Below the pieces are notes generated by a model. It did no database searches and was not told the DNA's origin. It saw only the letters and a program-made list of their open reading frames with translations. A DNA stretch of 64,000 nucleotides, from positions 38,687 to 102,686 of the IMG/VR virus record IMGVR_UViG_3300032268_000887; one strand, written 5' to 3'. Origin of the DNA: a virus. Each line of letters opens with the position of its first letter. The stretch's first letter is position 1. The position numbers were made by a program, and so were the translations under genes. Positions 20,272 through 30,831 of this stretch are shown one piece after another.

Positions 20272-23200
20272 TAGTATGTATTCCCCCTCAATCTTCTAGC
20301 ATCCATTTGTCTAATTTGTGTAATTACTGTTCTTGCAATATCATCTGGACTTGCAGAGGTATCATTTACCCCCACACTTAGACTATAATTATACACTGAA
20401 GTGTTGTTGTTATTTACTGAATTATTATTAATTGCTGTGACTGTAGGAGTTCCTCCAAGAGACAAACTGTCTGGATATTTGGACTCATTTATTCTTTCTA
20501 GTAATGGCCCAAATTTTTGTGAAGCAGCCCTATTCATAACAAACTCTCCTGGGGTAAGCATTGCACGAACGCTGTCCGTCATTCCGGATCCAGAAACTGA
20601 GCCTCCTGATGAATATTTCTTTATAAACCCACCGTACATGTTTCTTTCTCCTGCACGAAAATTTTGATATGCTGCATTATTTTTATATCCTGCCCCTAAT
20701 GCGCTTGCTGTTATGTTTGCGTCTGGGGCCTGTGTGCCAGCCTTTATTGCTGATGAAATTGGCGTACCTACTGTATTAACACTTAATGTTATATTTTTAT
20801 CTTTAATATCGTCCCAAAGTTTTTTAATTGCAGCAACAATACCTTCTCCAATTTTAAATCTATCATTGGTTTTATCTGCTTCAAATGCTGCCGCTTGTAT
20901 AGCCAGTTGTTGATTTTCCCATGCTGTTCTTGCTGTATCAATATTTTTAATTCTTGCATCCAAAGCATCTCTAAGCGGTTGTAACTCATTAACCTGATAA
21001 TTATAGTTTTTATCTTGTAGCGCTGTAATTTCAGCAATTATTGGTAATCTTTTTTGTTCAAGATTATATATTTTTTCTTCAATTTGCGCCCTAGTAAATC
21101 CTCCTGCTGTAAGTGCTGAAATTTCTGATTCTTTTGCTGTCTGTAAAGCATTAGAACTTATCTGTATGGCATTTGCAGCATCGGTAGCACGCATTTCTTG
21201 TGCTGCTCTTGCTGCAGCAGAAATATCTCCACTTGTTAAAGCATCTGCAAGATTTAATCTTCCTCTTTCTTGTTCAGCAATTTCTTGATTAAGACTAGAT
21301 ATTTTTTCAAGTGCTTTTTCTTGTTTATCATATTTTTTATTAATATCATCTGCAGCCTTATTAATTATTGCTAAGTCTTGATTAAGTTTTTCAATTGGTC
21401 TGTCATAATCCATCTCAATGCTGCGTTGCTTAATGTCGATTAATTTTTCGTTAGCATCAATAAGTCCGTTAACTCTATCAATTTCTGGTTGAGCAGCAGC
21501 CCTTGCTTGTTTTTCAAGGAAGTCATAATATTTCATTGCCTTATTCATTTGAATATCAAAGGCTTTTTCTGGGTCAGTGTCTTCTAATAATTTTTGTTCT
21601 GCAGCCACTCTTTCATTATATTTTGCAATTAACTTATCCTGTAACTCAATACTTTTTGCCTGTTGTAGGTCATACATAAATTGTTCATCGCTCATCATTT
21701 CTAAAGAGTCTGCAACAGAAACTCCAGCCTCTCTAAGCCTAATAAAACCTTCTGTCTGCATCTTTATTGCGGTTATTGCTGTATCAGCCTCTGCAGCAAA
21801 ACCACCTAAGCCTGCTTCTTGCATAAGTTGCATAGCCTTTTCTCCAACAGGAGTAAGTTCTACGAATCCCTCTTTAAGTTTTGCAACATTAAGGTATGCT
21901 GCTTGAGTTTTATTGTCTAATCCTTCAATAAAATTAACAAAGTCAAGGTTTGCACCCATGTCATTAAGTTGTTGAATAACACCAGTGAATTTTGTCATAT
22001 CTCCGCCAGACTCTTTAAATATTCTATTAAGTTCTCCTATTCCACCTTCTGCATCAATACCTGCATCCCTTGTCATTTTTAATTTTCTTAAAAGATCGTC
22101 AAGGGTTGTATCTCGATCGCCACCGCCTAAGCCAGCACCGCCTGGTTGATTGCCTGAACTTGTTTTTTCTTTAGGAAGATATTCTTTTGTTGCTTTTGCA
22201 GCACCTTTATCACTTATTTTATATGAATATACTTTTTCTCCTTCTTTGTCTACACCTTCTATTTTTTCTATAGATCCTGCACCTTCTGCAATGAGTTGGC
22301 TTTCTTTTATATCTCTTCCTATACCCGTTAAACCAACTAGTTGATCGTCTATGTTTTGTGCTGCTGCTGCATTGGCTGAAGCCAGATCTGCATACCTTGT
22401 TTCACGAATTGTTACAAATTTAGAAATTGCTTCTTTTTGTATTGAGTCTGGTAAAGCATCAAAATCTTTCCATTGTGACATTAAAAGTTCTAGTGACTTT
22501 TCGTCAAGTCCAGTTCCATTAAGTGCACCATCTTTAAGAGATTGTATAATAATCTTTTTAGATAATTTTTTAGGTAATTTTTCTACAATTGATAGTTTAT
22601 CTGCTAACTTTACTAGTCCATCATATCCAACAGTCTCTATATATGCAGACATATTTACTTCATGACCATCTAATACTTGCAGTGCAGCAAGTGCTTCTCC
22701 AATTTTATCAAAAGTTGCAGGATCAGAGTTTATAATTTGTGTAGATATCTTAACTGCTTTTTCTTTATCTAAATCAAGACCTGTAAAAAAGTCTAGCATT
22801 GCTACAGTTTTTTCTGATCCCTGTTTTCTAATTCCAAGGGCAAGTGTTTGTTGTAACTCTGGCAATTTGCCTGCAAATAAATCTAGCAAGGCATTACTTT
22901 GCTCTGGATTTAAAATTTTATTTTTCAATAACAAAGACATTTGAACTTCAAGTTCTTGGGCTTTTTCTGCTGATCCAAAACCACTTTTTGTTTTTCCACC
23001 ATCAAGTAGGGAAAGACCGCCGGTTAAATCACTTAATTTAGAAAGACGTTTTAATGCATTGCTAGCAAGGCCTTCATACTCTGTACCTTTATATGCATCT
23101 TTTACTGTTGATTTAAGAGAGTCAAAATATGCGTCTTCTCGCATATTTGTATCGTTAAATGGCAAATCAATAGCAAATTGATCTTTAGTCTGAATCCTTG

Positions 23201-26200
23201 TTTTAAATATTTCTATTTCTTTTTGTAGCCTATCGGATAACATGGTATTAATTTTTGAAACATCTGTTGCTTGATTTGTTTCTAAATCTGATATTTGTTG
23301 TTTTATTTGAAGTTGTTTTTCAAGGCTTGCTGTTGTTTCTAATTGCTTGTTTAGTAAATCAATTTGTTTTTGATACATCATGTTGGTCGCATCTGCTTGA
23401 GCCTGTATGATTTCTAAGTTATTTGCACCAACTGCTGCAATTCTTGCTGCTTCATTTCTTCCGGTAGTCGATCCAGACTCTGCTTTTGATAACCTTGTTA
23501 ATTCTTTATCTGTTCGCTTAATAGCCTGAGCAATAATTTGTGTTCTAATTCTTAATGGGTCTTTTGCTAAATCTTCTCCATTTGGACCTATAATTGATCT
23601 AATATTTCCTTTAATTTCAATGCCATATTTTTGATTTCCAAGTTGAATGCCTATTTGTTCTGCTATTCCCTCTGCTTGTTCGGCAGTTAAAACACCATCA
23701 GATACATATGTTGATAGTTGTAATGCAAAGTCTGATGCTGCTTGTTTTGATCCAAACTTTTCCATATTTTCAACAAAACCTTTAACCATGTTTTTGCCAA
23801 GATCGGATTGTAAGAATTTATCTCCAAACATTGAACCTGCTCTTTGAGCATCATTATATGCTCCAAAAGAGCCAGATCTTCTCCTTCTTTCCATTATTTG
23901 CGAAGCACCGACTGCTCCTGTTATTTTTCCAACTTCTTCCATTTTCTGTGCTGTTCCAGATGTTGCTTTTACGAACTCTGCTTGTTTCTTTGCGCTTTGT
24001 TCTAAATTTTTACTTAATAATAAAAATCCCCCAGCAAGTGCTGCTGCAGCGGCTGCTGCTGCGACATATGGGTTCATTAGCATTGGGAGCATTGATGTTA
24101 CAGCAGATGCACCCATTAATCCCATACCCAAATTATTATTGCCAGTCATAAATGCACCCATAGAGGCCATACCTAACGCACCCGCTGCTGGTCCCGCAAC
24201 AGATCCAACTCTTTGTGCACGTTGTGCCCTTTGTTCACGTTTTAGATCTTTAGCACTTTGTGTTGTTGGCTGTGTTAGTTTATCTGTTGCCTCTGTGTTT
24301 GCATTTAATGATGTAATTAACTGTTGAAGTTGTGTGCCAGGAACATTTATATTTGGAGCAATACTGCTCATTGGGGCAACATTGCCCATTTTAAATCCTG
24401 ATCCTGGCGTAGTAACAGAAGGATTCACCCATCCACCATCTGCGCCTAAAGCAAAACTTCCAGGGCCTTTAAATCCAGGCCTAGGAATAACTCTCATAAC
24501 CTTTGACGCATCCAAAAGACGAGTATCTCGCTTACTTCCACCTATTTGTGTTGTATCTTTTGTTTTAGAGTTTCCAGTTGATGGTGTTACTTGACTTGCT
24601 CTTCCTTTATTGTCTATAACGCCTTCTCCCGGAGCCACAGCAATTTTAGGCTTTGTGCCACCTCTCATTGCCTCAAGTAAGGCGTTGTCTTCTCTATCGT
24701 AACGGGCCTGCTGAATTCTACGTATGTCATCTACTATAGTGCTTCCTGTTTTTCCTGCTACAGTAGATGCTGTAGGTTGGTACCCTTGTGCCAAAGATTT
24801 ATCTGAAAAATAAATTCTATTGGCTTTTGATCCACGGCCAAGACTTACTTCTTTTCCATCGTTAGTTTTAATAATAAGACTTTTTGTTGCTGTTGCTCCA
24901 GATTGTCTTTGTCTTGTTTCCACTCTAAAGTCTTTAATAATCCCAGCACGTTTTGCTTGTTCTAAAACTTTAGCGCTAGTCTCAGGAGTAGATCCTAATC
25001 CTCTTCCTAAAGAGTATCCCCCAATTCTGTCATACTGACTTAGCATTTTTTGATATGCTGGAGTAGATTTAATATTGTCAGGAACATTCTTAAAAGCATT
25101 TTCTATAACGGCATCAGTAACTCTTGGAGATCTTCTTATTTGATCCATCATTGCTGAATCAATTGATTGGGCTTGTGCTGAAGTTAATCCTGAAGGTGCC
25201 CACTTATTTGGGCGACTTGTCCATTCTCTTTCAAAATCGATTAAAGACACACCATTCTTTGTTGCCAAACCTTTATTTAGGTTAGGATCAAATGAAAGTG
25301 CTAAGGAGCCATATGCTCTTGCTTCTGGATATTTTCCTGTTGCTTTTAATATATCTCTATATATTTGGGCTTGAAGTTTTTCATTTTTTGTTAGCCTTCC
25401 TTGTGCAATTATGTCATCTATATTTGTTAATCTTCCCCCGCCTACGTGAGTATAGTCATCTCCTGCAGAAACAGTTCCTCCTCCGTACTGTTTAATTTTT
25501 CCAGTAACAAGCGCTTCTACAATTGGTTTATATTTGTCATCTTGTGCAATGCCTGTAGGAATAACAGCCTCTCCTGGCATCAAGAGAGACGGTATAGAAT
25601 CTTTTCCTGGAGTTCCACCAACAACACCAGTTGTACCTGATGCAAATTTCTTTGGAGTTTTTCCACCTTTAATTGCGCCAGGACCCATCATTCCAGGATT
25701 TGCTCTTGCAAAGTTTGTTGCTGCTATTGTTGCATCAATATATGCTTGACGCAATAGTCTGACTGCTGATGCTTCTGCAGAAAAAGATTGTGTTAAACGA
25801 GTGTGTGCCTGATTTAATGATGCTGCTACTGTTGCTGCTTCTAGTTGTTCTGAATTTAAATAACTTGTTTGGTCAGCCAGGACTTTTGTATTGCTTCCTG
25901 CTTTTAAGAAGCCAACTCTCATTGTTACAAATAGTTTAATGATGTTTGCAACACCGTTTGCCAACAAACCAAATGTCATTAATAATACTGGGCCAATTAT
26001 TCCAACAAGTGCTGATGCTACAACAATAAACTTTTTAGTTCCTTCCCCCAGGTTGTCAAATTTATCTAATAATCTTCCTAAAAATTTTACAACTGGAGTT
26101 ATTGCTTCTAAAAATGCCTTACCTATTGGGACAATAGCAAGTTTTAATTTTTCAACAGATTCTTTAAAATCAACCCCTATAGCATTTTCAACTGTTCCTA

Positions 26201-27656
26201 ATTCTCGTTCTGCTAAAATGGCAAGTTCTTCAATAGAGGCATTTGTAAGTTGTAAAACCTTATTAGCCTGTGTTCCCTCTTTAGTAACGTTTTGGAATAA
26301 TGTTGATAGACGTGAAAATTGGAACTTACCAAATAGTTGCTCAATAGCACGAGCACGATTAAGTGGATCTAGTGTATCTAGTGCTTGTGCAAATCCTATT
26401 ACGGTATTTTTAATGTCCCCCTGATTTGCTTCAACAATTCCTTTAATATTAACGCCAAAGCCAGCCAACATTTCACTAGCCTTTTTGCTTGGATTAATTA
26501 ATGATGCTAGGCCAGATTTTAGAGCGTTTGCTCCTTCAGATGCATTAATTCCACCCTCTTTCATAGCGGTCATGAAGAATGCTAAATCTTCAACTGATCC
26601 ACCTAGTTGTTTGACAACTGGGCCTGCTTTAGGAATTGCTTCTGTTAAATCTTCAATAGATAAAATTGTCTGGTTTTCAACTGAGTTAAGAAAATTTATT
26701 TTGTTTGCCAAATCTTCTGATGCTATACCAAAAGCATTTGTAACAGAGATAGTTGTCTCTAAGGCTTGTGCTTGTTCTACTCCGCCAAGGACTGCAAGCC
26801 TTGTGGCTTCTGATACTTGAGCAGTTAAATCAGCCCCCATCTTACCCATTGCTGCTGCAGAGGCTGCCATCTCCATAGTTTGAGTAACGGCAACTCCATA
26901 CTTTGTAAATGATTCAGCAAGTTTTTGAATTTCTCCTAGCGCTTTATTTGTTTCATCAGTAGTTGTAAACATGTCTCCATAAACACGCTTAAACTTAATC
27001 GCTTGTTTTTCAAGATCCATAAATGTCTTTGCAGCAGCGGTACCAAAATAGGCAAGTGGTATTGTAAAGCCAACCATAAGTTGACGTCCTGCCCATTGTG
27101 TATTTTTACCAAAGTTTAAAAGATTAGTAGATCCTTGTTTTAGTAATTGATTTAATAGTGCTTGTTTTTGTGCTGCTAAGGCTGTTTTAGTTGCATAGTC
27201 ATTCATGTCCAAAGTTCTTGGAGTGATTGACATTGCCTTAATAGCACCAGATGCATCACGACCCATTTTGATATATTGAGTCTGCATTTTCTTAACACGC
27301 TCTTCGGCTACCTTGCCAATAGTGTTAAATTCTTGCTTAAATAATTTTCCAAATGTTCTTGTAGATCCGCCTGCATAACGGAAATACTCACGCATTGAAA
27401 GTTTGTTCTTTTCAAGTGAGTGAGTAAATGACTCTGTCGAACTTCTTACTAGCCCCATTTGGGCAGAAAATTTGCCCGTAGCATTAATTGAATTTAAAAG
27501 ATTAGTAGATAGATTTTTTTGCGCTGCAACAGAGGCAGCACTGCCTTTTGATAGAGATGAATGAAAGGCTGCTAGTTGCCTCTGTAAACTTTTTAGTTCT
27601 GCTAAAGCGGCGGATGCATCTATACTTACGCCAATTTTAGCGTTTACATCAGCCAT
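20271..27656 (-). CDS. Tape measure protein
   Basis: 2461 aa, Ala/Gly-rich helical; TP901-type core (AGPV..LG..EDLA..GINASEGANALKS), hydrophobic segments, MLTPGEFVMN near C-terminus. Confidence 0.95.
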   Translation of the reverse strand: MADVNAKIGVSIDASAALAELKSLQRQLAAFHSSLSKGSAASVAAQKNLSTNLLNSINATGKFSAQMGLVRSSTESFTHSLEKNKLSMREYFRYAGGSTRTFGKLFKQEFNTIGKVAEERVKKMQTQYIKMGRDASGAIKAMSITPRTLDMNDYATKTALAAQKQALLNQLLKQGSTNLLNFGKNTQWAGRQLMVGFTIPLAYFGTAAAKTFMDLEKQAIKFKRVYGDMFTTTDETNKALGEIQKLAESFTKYGVAVTQTMEMAASAAAMGKMGADLTAQVSEATRLAVLGGVEQAQALETTISVTNAFGIASEDLANKINFLNSVENQTILSIEDLTEAIPKAGPVVKQLGGSVEDLAFFMTAMKEGGINASEGANALKSGLASLINPSKKASEMLAGFGVNIKGIVEANQGDIKNTVIGFAQALDTLDPLNRARAIEQLFGKFQFSRLSTLFQNVTKEGTQANKVLQLTNASIEELAILAERELGTVENAIGVDFKESVEKLKLAIVPIGKAFLEAITPVVKFLGRLLDKFDNLGEGTKKFIVVASALVGIIGPVLLMTFGLLANGVANIIKLFVTMRVGFLKAGSNTKVLADQTSYLNSEQLEAATVAASLNQAHTRLTQSFSAEASAVRLLRQAYIDATIAATNFARANPGMMGPGAIKGGKTPKKFASGTTGVVGGTPGKDSIPSLLMPGEAVIPTGIAQDDKYKPIVEALVTGKIKQYGGGTVSAGDDYTHVGGGRLTNIDDIIAQGRLTKNEKLQAQIYRDILKATGKYPEARAYGSLALSFDPNLNKGLATKNGVSLIDFEREWTSRPNKWAPSGLTSAQAQSIDSAMMDQIRRSPRVTDAVIENAFKNVPDNIKSTPAYQKMLSQYDRIGGYSLGRGLGSTPETSAKVLEQAKRAGIIKDFRVETRQRQSGATATKSLIIKTNDGKEVSLGRGSKANRIYFSDKSLAQGYQPTASTVAGKTGSTIVDDIRRIQQARYDREDNALLEAMRGGTKPKIAVAPGEGVIDNKGRASQVTPSTGNSKTKDTTQIGGSKRDTRLLDASKVMRVIPRPGFKGPGSFALGADGGWVNPSVTTPGSGFKMGNVAPMSSIAPNINVPGTQLQQLITSLNANTEATDKLTQPTTQSAKDLKREQRAQRAQRVGSVAGPAAGALGMASMGAFMTGNNNLGMGLMGASAVTSMLPMLMNPYVAAAAAAAALAGGFLLLSKNLEQSAKKQAEFVKATSGTAQKMEEVGKITGAVGASQIMERRRRSGSFGAYNDAQRAGSMFGDKFLQSDLGKNMVKGFVENMEKFGSKQAASDFALQLSTYVSDGVLTAEQAEGIAEQIGIQLGNQKYGIEIKGNIRSIIGPNGEDLAKDPLRIRTQIIAQAIKRTDKELTRLSKAESGSTTGRNEAARIAAVGANNLEIIQAQADATNMMYQKQIDLLNKQLETTASLEKQLQIKQQISDLETNQATDVSKINTMLSDRLQKEIEIFKTRIQTKDQFAIDLPFNDTNMREDAYFDSLKSTVKDAYKGTEYEGLASNALKRLSKLSDLTGGLSLLDGGKTKSGFGSAEKAQELEVQMSLLLKNKILNPEQSNALLDLFAGKLPELQQTLALGIRKQGSEKTVAMLDFFTGLDLDKEKAVKISTQIINSDPATFDKIGEALAALQVLDGHEVNMSAYIETVGYDGLVKLADKLSIVEKLPKKLSKKIIIQSLKDGALNGTGLDEKSLELLMSQWKDFDALPDSIQKEAISKFVTIRETRYADLASANAAAAQNIDDQLVGLTGIGRDIKESQLIAEGAGSIEKIEGVDKEGEKVYSYKISDKGAAKATKEYLPKEKTSSGNQPGGAGLGGGDRDTTLDDLLRKLKMTRDAGIDAEGGIGELNRIFKESGGDMTKFTGVIQQLNDMGANLDFVNFIEGLDNKTQAAYLNVAKLKEGFVELTPVGEKAMQLMQEAGLGGFAAEADTAITAIKMQTEGFIRLREAGVSVADSLEMMSDEQFMYDLQQAKSIELQDKLIAKYNERVAAEQKLLEDTDPEKAFDIQMNKAMKYYDFLEKQARAAAQPEIDRVNGLIDANEKLIDIKQRSIEMDYDRPIEKLNQDLAIINKAADDINKKYDKQEKALEKISSLNQEIAEQERGRLNLADALTSGDISAAARAAQEMRATDAANAIQISSNALQTAKESEISALTAGGFTRAQIEEKIYNLEQKRLPIIAEITALQDKNYNYQVNELQPLRDALDARIKNIDTARTAWENQQLAIQAAAFEADKTNDRFKIGEGIVAAIKKLWDDIKDKNITLSVNTVGTPISSAIKAGTQAPDANITASALGAGYKNNAAYQNFRAGERNMYGGFIKKYSSGGSVSGSGMTDSVRAMLTPGEFVMNRAASQKFGPLLERINESKYPDSLSLGGTPTVTAINNNSVNNNNTSVYNYSLSVGVNDTSASPDDIARTVITQIRQMDARRLRGNTY

Positions 27657-27675
27657 TCATTTACACCCCGTTTAG

Positions 27676-28011
27676 TTATTCGTTATTTGCGAGTACTGTA
27701 TTTAAAAGAGCATTTGCATCTGCTAATTTAATTCCAGAGGCTGCTTCAATAATTTTATAAGTTGTTGGAAGATCTAATATTTCTTCTAACTTATCAATAT
27801 CTTTAGATAATTCAGGACTAAATTGCTCCATAGCAATTTGAGCACATTCTACAAGTAGTGTCATAGATTTATCATTATCTTCGGCTACTGCTGCGACCTG
27901 TTCGAATTTCTTCATAAATGGTCTTAGTAATGAAAGTTTTAGTGGTCTTACACTAATTTTTGTTCCATCCATCAAGACAAGTTCTGTTCCTTCTGATTTT
28001 GCTGTTGGCAT
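27676..28011 (-). CDS. Tail assembly chaperone, short (G-like)
   Basis: Just upstream of tape measure; paralog of N-half of 28074..28754; own TGATATAAT and GGAAGGAAG. Confidence 0.7.
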   Translation of the reverse strand: MPTAKSEGTELVLMDGTKISVRPLKLSLLRPFMKKFEQVAAVAEDNDKSMTLLVECAQIAMEQFSPELSKDIDKLEEILDLPTTYKIIEAASGIKLADANALLNTVLANNE

Positions 28012-28073
28012 ATACTTCCTTCCCTATTTAGGTTGAACTTAATTATATCATAAAACCGTGTTTTTTTTAGACA

Positions 28074-28754
28074 CTAATTTAGATTTTCATAATCTAAACC
28101 CATGCCAATGCCAAACCCTGCTCTCTTGGCTTTATCGCCTGTATAGGTAAGAATGTCAGTATCTTGTCTTCCACCATTAAATACTTTATTTTTTAACTTA
28201 GTCCAGGCATCTTCTTCTTTTGGTTTATTTTTATCTAAATCAATTCCCTGAATAGCAGCAAGGAATTTCCTCTCTTCGTTGTCTACCTCTCTTTTTGATT
28301 GAAGGATGGCCATTAGTTCTGGCATAGATATCGAAGTTTCTAGTTCATTGTAGTCTTTCCATATTCCCAGCAAAAATGCTTCTGACTCTAATTTCACTAA
28401 ATCTAGATCTGCCCAAACTGACTTGTCTTCTATGATGTCTTTTGCTGTAGGCTCTTTTGACTTTTTGCTAATTTTAATACCTGCTGCTACATCTAATATT
28501 TCAAATATTGTTGGCATATCAAAATTATCCTCTACATCTTTTTTATTTTTGGACCACTCAGGATAAAATTGTTTCATACAAATTCTAATGCATTCTGTTA
28601 GAATGTCTGTAGCCTCTTCGTCAGTATTTGTATTTTTTACAGATTGAAAAGTTTCCATAAATTCTCTTAAATATTTAATTTTTAAAGGGCTAATTTCAAT
28701 CTCAAAATCGTCAACAGTATATACATTTTTAATATCATAAACAGTGCTTGCCAT
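28074..28754 (-). CDS. Tail assembly chaperone, long (GT-like)
   Basis: Between major tail and tape measure; G-like N-half plus in-frame T-like C-half (WKDYNELETSISMPEL). Confidence 0.7.
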   Translation of the reverse strand: MASTVYDIKNVYTVDDFEIEISPLKIKYLREFMETFQSVKNTNTDEEATDILTECIRICMKQFYPEWSKNKKDVEDNFDMPTIFEILDVAAGIKISKKSKEPTAKDIIEDKSVWADLDLVKLESEAFLLGIWKDYNELETSISMPELMAILQSKREVDNEERKFLAAIQGIDLDKNKPKEEDAWTKLKNKVFNGGRQDTDILTYTGDKAKRAGFGIGMGLDYENLN

Positions 28755-28760
28755 TATTCC

Positions 28761-28769
28761 ATTATATCA
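28761..28769 (-). promoter_or_regulatory. Extended -10, leaderless promoter
   Basis: TGATATAAT-GGAATA-ATG(28754). Confidence 0.75.
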
Positions 28770-28801
28770 AAAAAAAGACCCACCAGTTTGACTAGTGGGC
28801 C
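28769..28801 (-). terminator. Rho-independent terminator after major tail gene
   Basis: GGCCCACTAG-tcaaa-CTGGTGGGTC then T-run. Confidence 0.85.
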
Positions 28802-28823
28802 CTTCTTTTCTTTATTAAGTTTT

Positions 28824-29468
28824 TTATGAACCTTGAACTGTACGGTCAATAATTTTTCCGTAAGATCCTGTTGCATCTTCTGGTAGAAGACGGAAAGTAA
28901 CATCAAACATTGTTGCTGTGTCACGCTTTGCTGATACTGTAACATTTTCGATAGAAAGTGCACGGTATGCAACATAAACACGCTCAACGCTAGATGAATC
29001 TTCACAATCACCTGTTCCTGGACCTACTGCAATCAAAGCACGCTCTACTGGACATTCACCAATTTCGCCAGAAGCGAGATTAAGTGTGCGTCCTGCAGAT
29101 GATGATTTGGTGCCTGAAAGATCGTCGCCTTGTCCTGCGATTGAGAACAATAGATTTTCTAAAGTTGCCTCTGCAAAAGAAGTAGCAAGTGTTACCTGCA
29201 TACCTTGTTTGTAAAGTTTTGCAACGTCAAGAATTTGGTCTACTTGAACTTCGCCGAAATCAGGTTGGAATGTGATTTCAATACCATTACTTGTATATCC
29301 TACGTTTTCAATTCCGCCAGCGATATTAGCGCTATTAGATAGAGTCGTTTTGTAAGACTCAGTTGTAACGAAAGCAGGGACAGTTCCTGGTGTTAATGTA
29401 CTATCTGCTGTAAACAGTGCAGCAGCGCCAACGATAATATCGCTAGATGTACCTCTTGTATATGCCAT
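28824..29468 (-). CDS. Major tail (tube) protein
   Basis: IIVGAAALF..VGYTSNG..VDQILD..FAEATLENL..F.VTFRLLP; RBS GAGGTGA; own terminator. Confidence 0.85.
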   Translation of the reverse strand: MAYTRGTSSDIIVGAAALFTADSTLTPGTVPAFVTTESYKTTLSNSANIAGGIENVGYTSNGIEITFQPDFGEVQVDQILDVAKLYKQGMQVTLATSFAEATLENLLFSIAGQGDDLSGTKSSSAGRTLNLASGEIGECPVERALIAVGPGTGDCEDSSSVERVYVAYRALSIENVTVSAKRDTATMFDVTFRLLPEDATGSYGKIIDRTVQGS

Positions 29469-29537
29469 TTATTCACCTCTTTTTGTGGTTAGTATATGGA
29501 CGATTTGTTTCCTCATCCATAATTATACAGCCTTTTA

Positions 29538-30149
29538 TTATGATTCTTCTTGTGGCCATTGTGGATGTAATGGCCTATCAAACTCAAGAAAGTCTATATT
29601 GTCTTTTAAATGATAATCGTATTCTACTATGTACTTATGAACGCTTCCTCTTTTGTACCCGTCTAATTCAACTAGGTCTCGAGACTCGTCTGCTTGAAAG
29701 ACCCTGATGCTTCTAAAAAATACTTTCATGGGTAACTCTTTTGCAACAAGTCTTGTTTTGTTATCGGTCATCCATTTATTTAAATCTTGAGCAGAGTAGT
29801 CTTCTCGATCTAGGACCGCTAGCATTACATTTCCAATATTGTTGCAACTTTTGATAGATCCATAGACTGTGTATAAAACCTGCTCTCTCTTCCCTATTGG
29901 AAAAGCGCTAGATCTTAGGCGCATCATTCGGTCATAAAATAAAACAGCAGGAATTTCGTCATTTGCCGATGTCTGTAAATTTTGATAAATGTCTGAAATA
30001 TTAACTGCTTGTGCTGCAGGAAAAAATGGAATTATGCCATTAATGGACTCTGCCATATTTATGTCTTCATTATATTTAATAAATTGTTCATGCAAATATT
30101 CATTAATATATGATGCTGGAAAATCAAAGGTTGCTCTTGCGGATGCCAT
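29538..30149 (-). CDS. Putative tail terminator/neck protein
   Basis: Position directly before major tail gene. Confidence 0.5.
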   Translation of the reverse strand: MASARATFDFPASYINEYLHEQFIKYNEDINMAESINGIIPFFPAAQAVNISDIYQNLQTSANDEIPAVLFYDRMMRLRSSAFPIGKREQVLYTVYGSIKSCNNIGNVMLAVLDREDYSAQDLNKWMTDNKTRLVAKELPMKVFFRSIRVFQADESRDLVELDGYKRGSVHKYIVEYDYHLKDNIDFLEFDRPLHPQWPQEES

Positions 30150-30153
30150 GTTA

Positions 30154-30831
30154 CTATTCTACCTCAACTTTTGCATTAACCATCCATTTAAATCCTGTTG
30201 CTTTGCCTACTGACCTACCGCCTTTAATTCCTGCTGCAAAGTTCTTTTTGTATATCCTAGGATTGTCTAGGTATTGATAAAGACCTGTTGCAGTTAAAAA
30301 TGATTGAGCAAAATATGTATTCATAAATCCATCAAATACCTTTTCATAGGAACCTTTAACTTCTTTTCCTCCAGGAAAATTATTGACTATTGTTTTTTTA
30401 GTAAACACTGTTACTCCGTCATCTTCAAATACAAGAACATTACTATTTTTTGGCTTTATGACAACCGGAATTCCTTCTTCCATAATTTTTGCTTTATTGT
30501 AAAATGGTTCATAAGATCCAGATTGAATGGATCTAGATTGTCTAAATTTTGAATCAATTGATATTCCTAGACTTGTTACCTTATACTCAATATCAAATAA
30601 TCTTTGCCCTCTATTCCCTGTTTGGTACCATTCATATACGTGGTGCAATGCTTGTGGGTTACCTCTTGCCATAGCGTCTATGTATAATTTTAATCCCTCA
30701 ATAGTTCCCCTTGCAAGATTATCTAAAAATATTTTTTTGCCATCTTCGGCTCCTTCTAAAAACCCAAAAGAGTAGTCAACCATATTGTCTAATTGTTTTT
30801 GAAAAAGTTTAGTATTTAATCTAACTAACAT
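30154..30831 (-). CDS. Putative neck/tail-completion protein
   Basis: LHHVYEW motif; start at TAATG overlap 30831 (MLVRLNTK). Confidence 0.5.
   Translation of the reverse strand: MLVRLNTKLFQKQLDNMVDYSFGFLEGAEDGKKIFLDNLARGTIEGLKLYIDAMARGNPQALHHVYEWYQTGNRGQRLFDIEYKVTSLGISIDSKFRQSRSIQSGSYEPFYNKAKIMEEGIPVVIKPKNSNVLVFEDDGVTVFTKKTIVNNFPGGKEVKGSYEKVFDGFMNTYFAQSFLTATGLYQYLDNPRIYKKNFAAGIKGGRSVGKATGFKWMVNAKVEVE

Noticed and set aside
20401-26820. Many + strand ORFs antisense to the tape measure and other long genes
   Set aside because: Shadow ORFs from codon bias; no RBS, promoter or recognisable motifs
28754-29011. 85-aa alternative-frame ORF as a frameshift extension of the major tail protein
   Set aside because: It runs through the intrinsic terminator at 28769-28801 and I found no convincing slippery site
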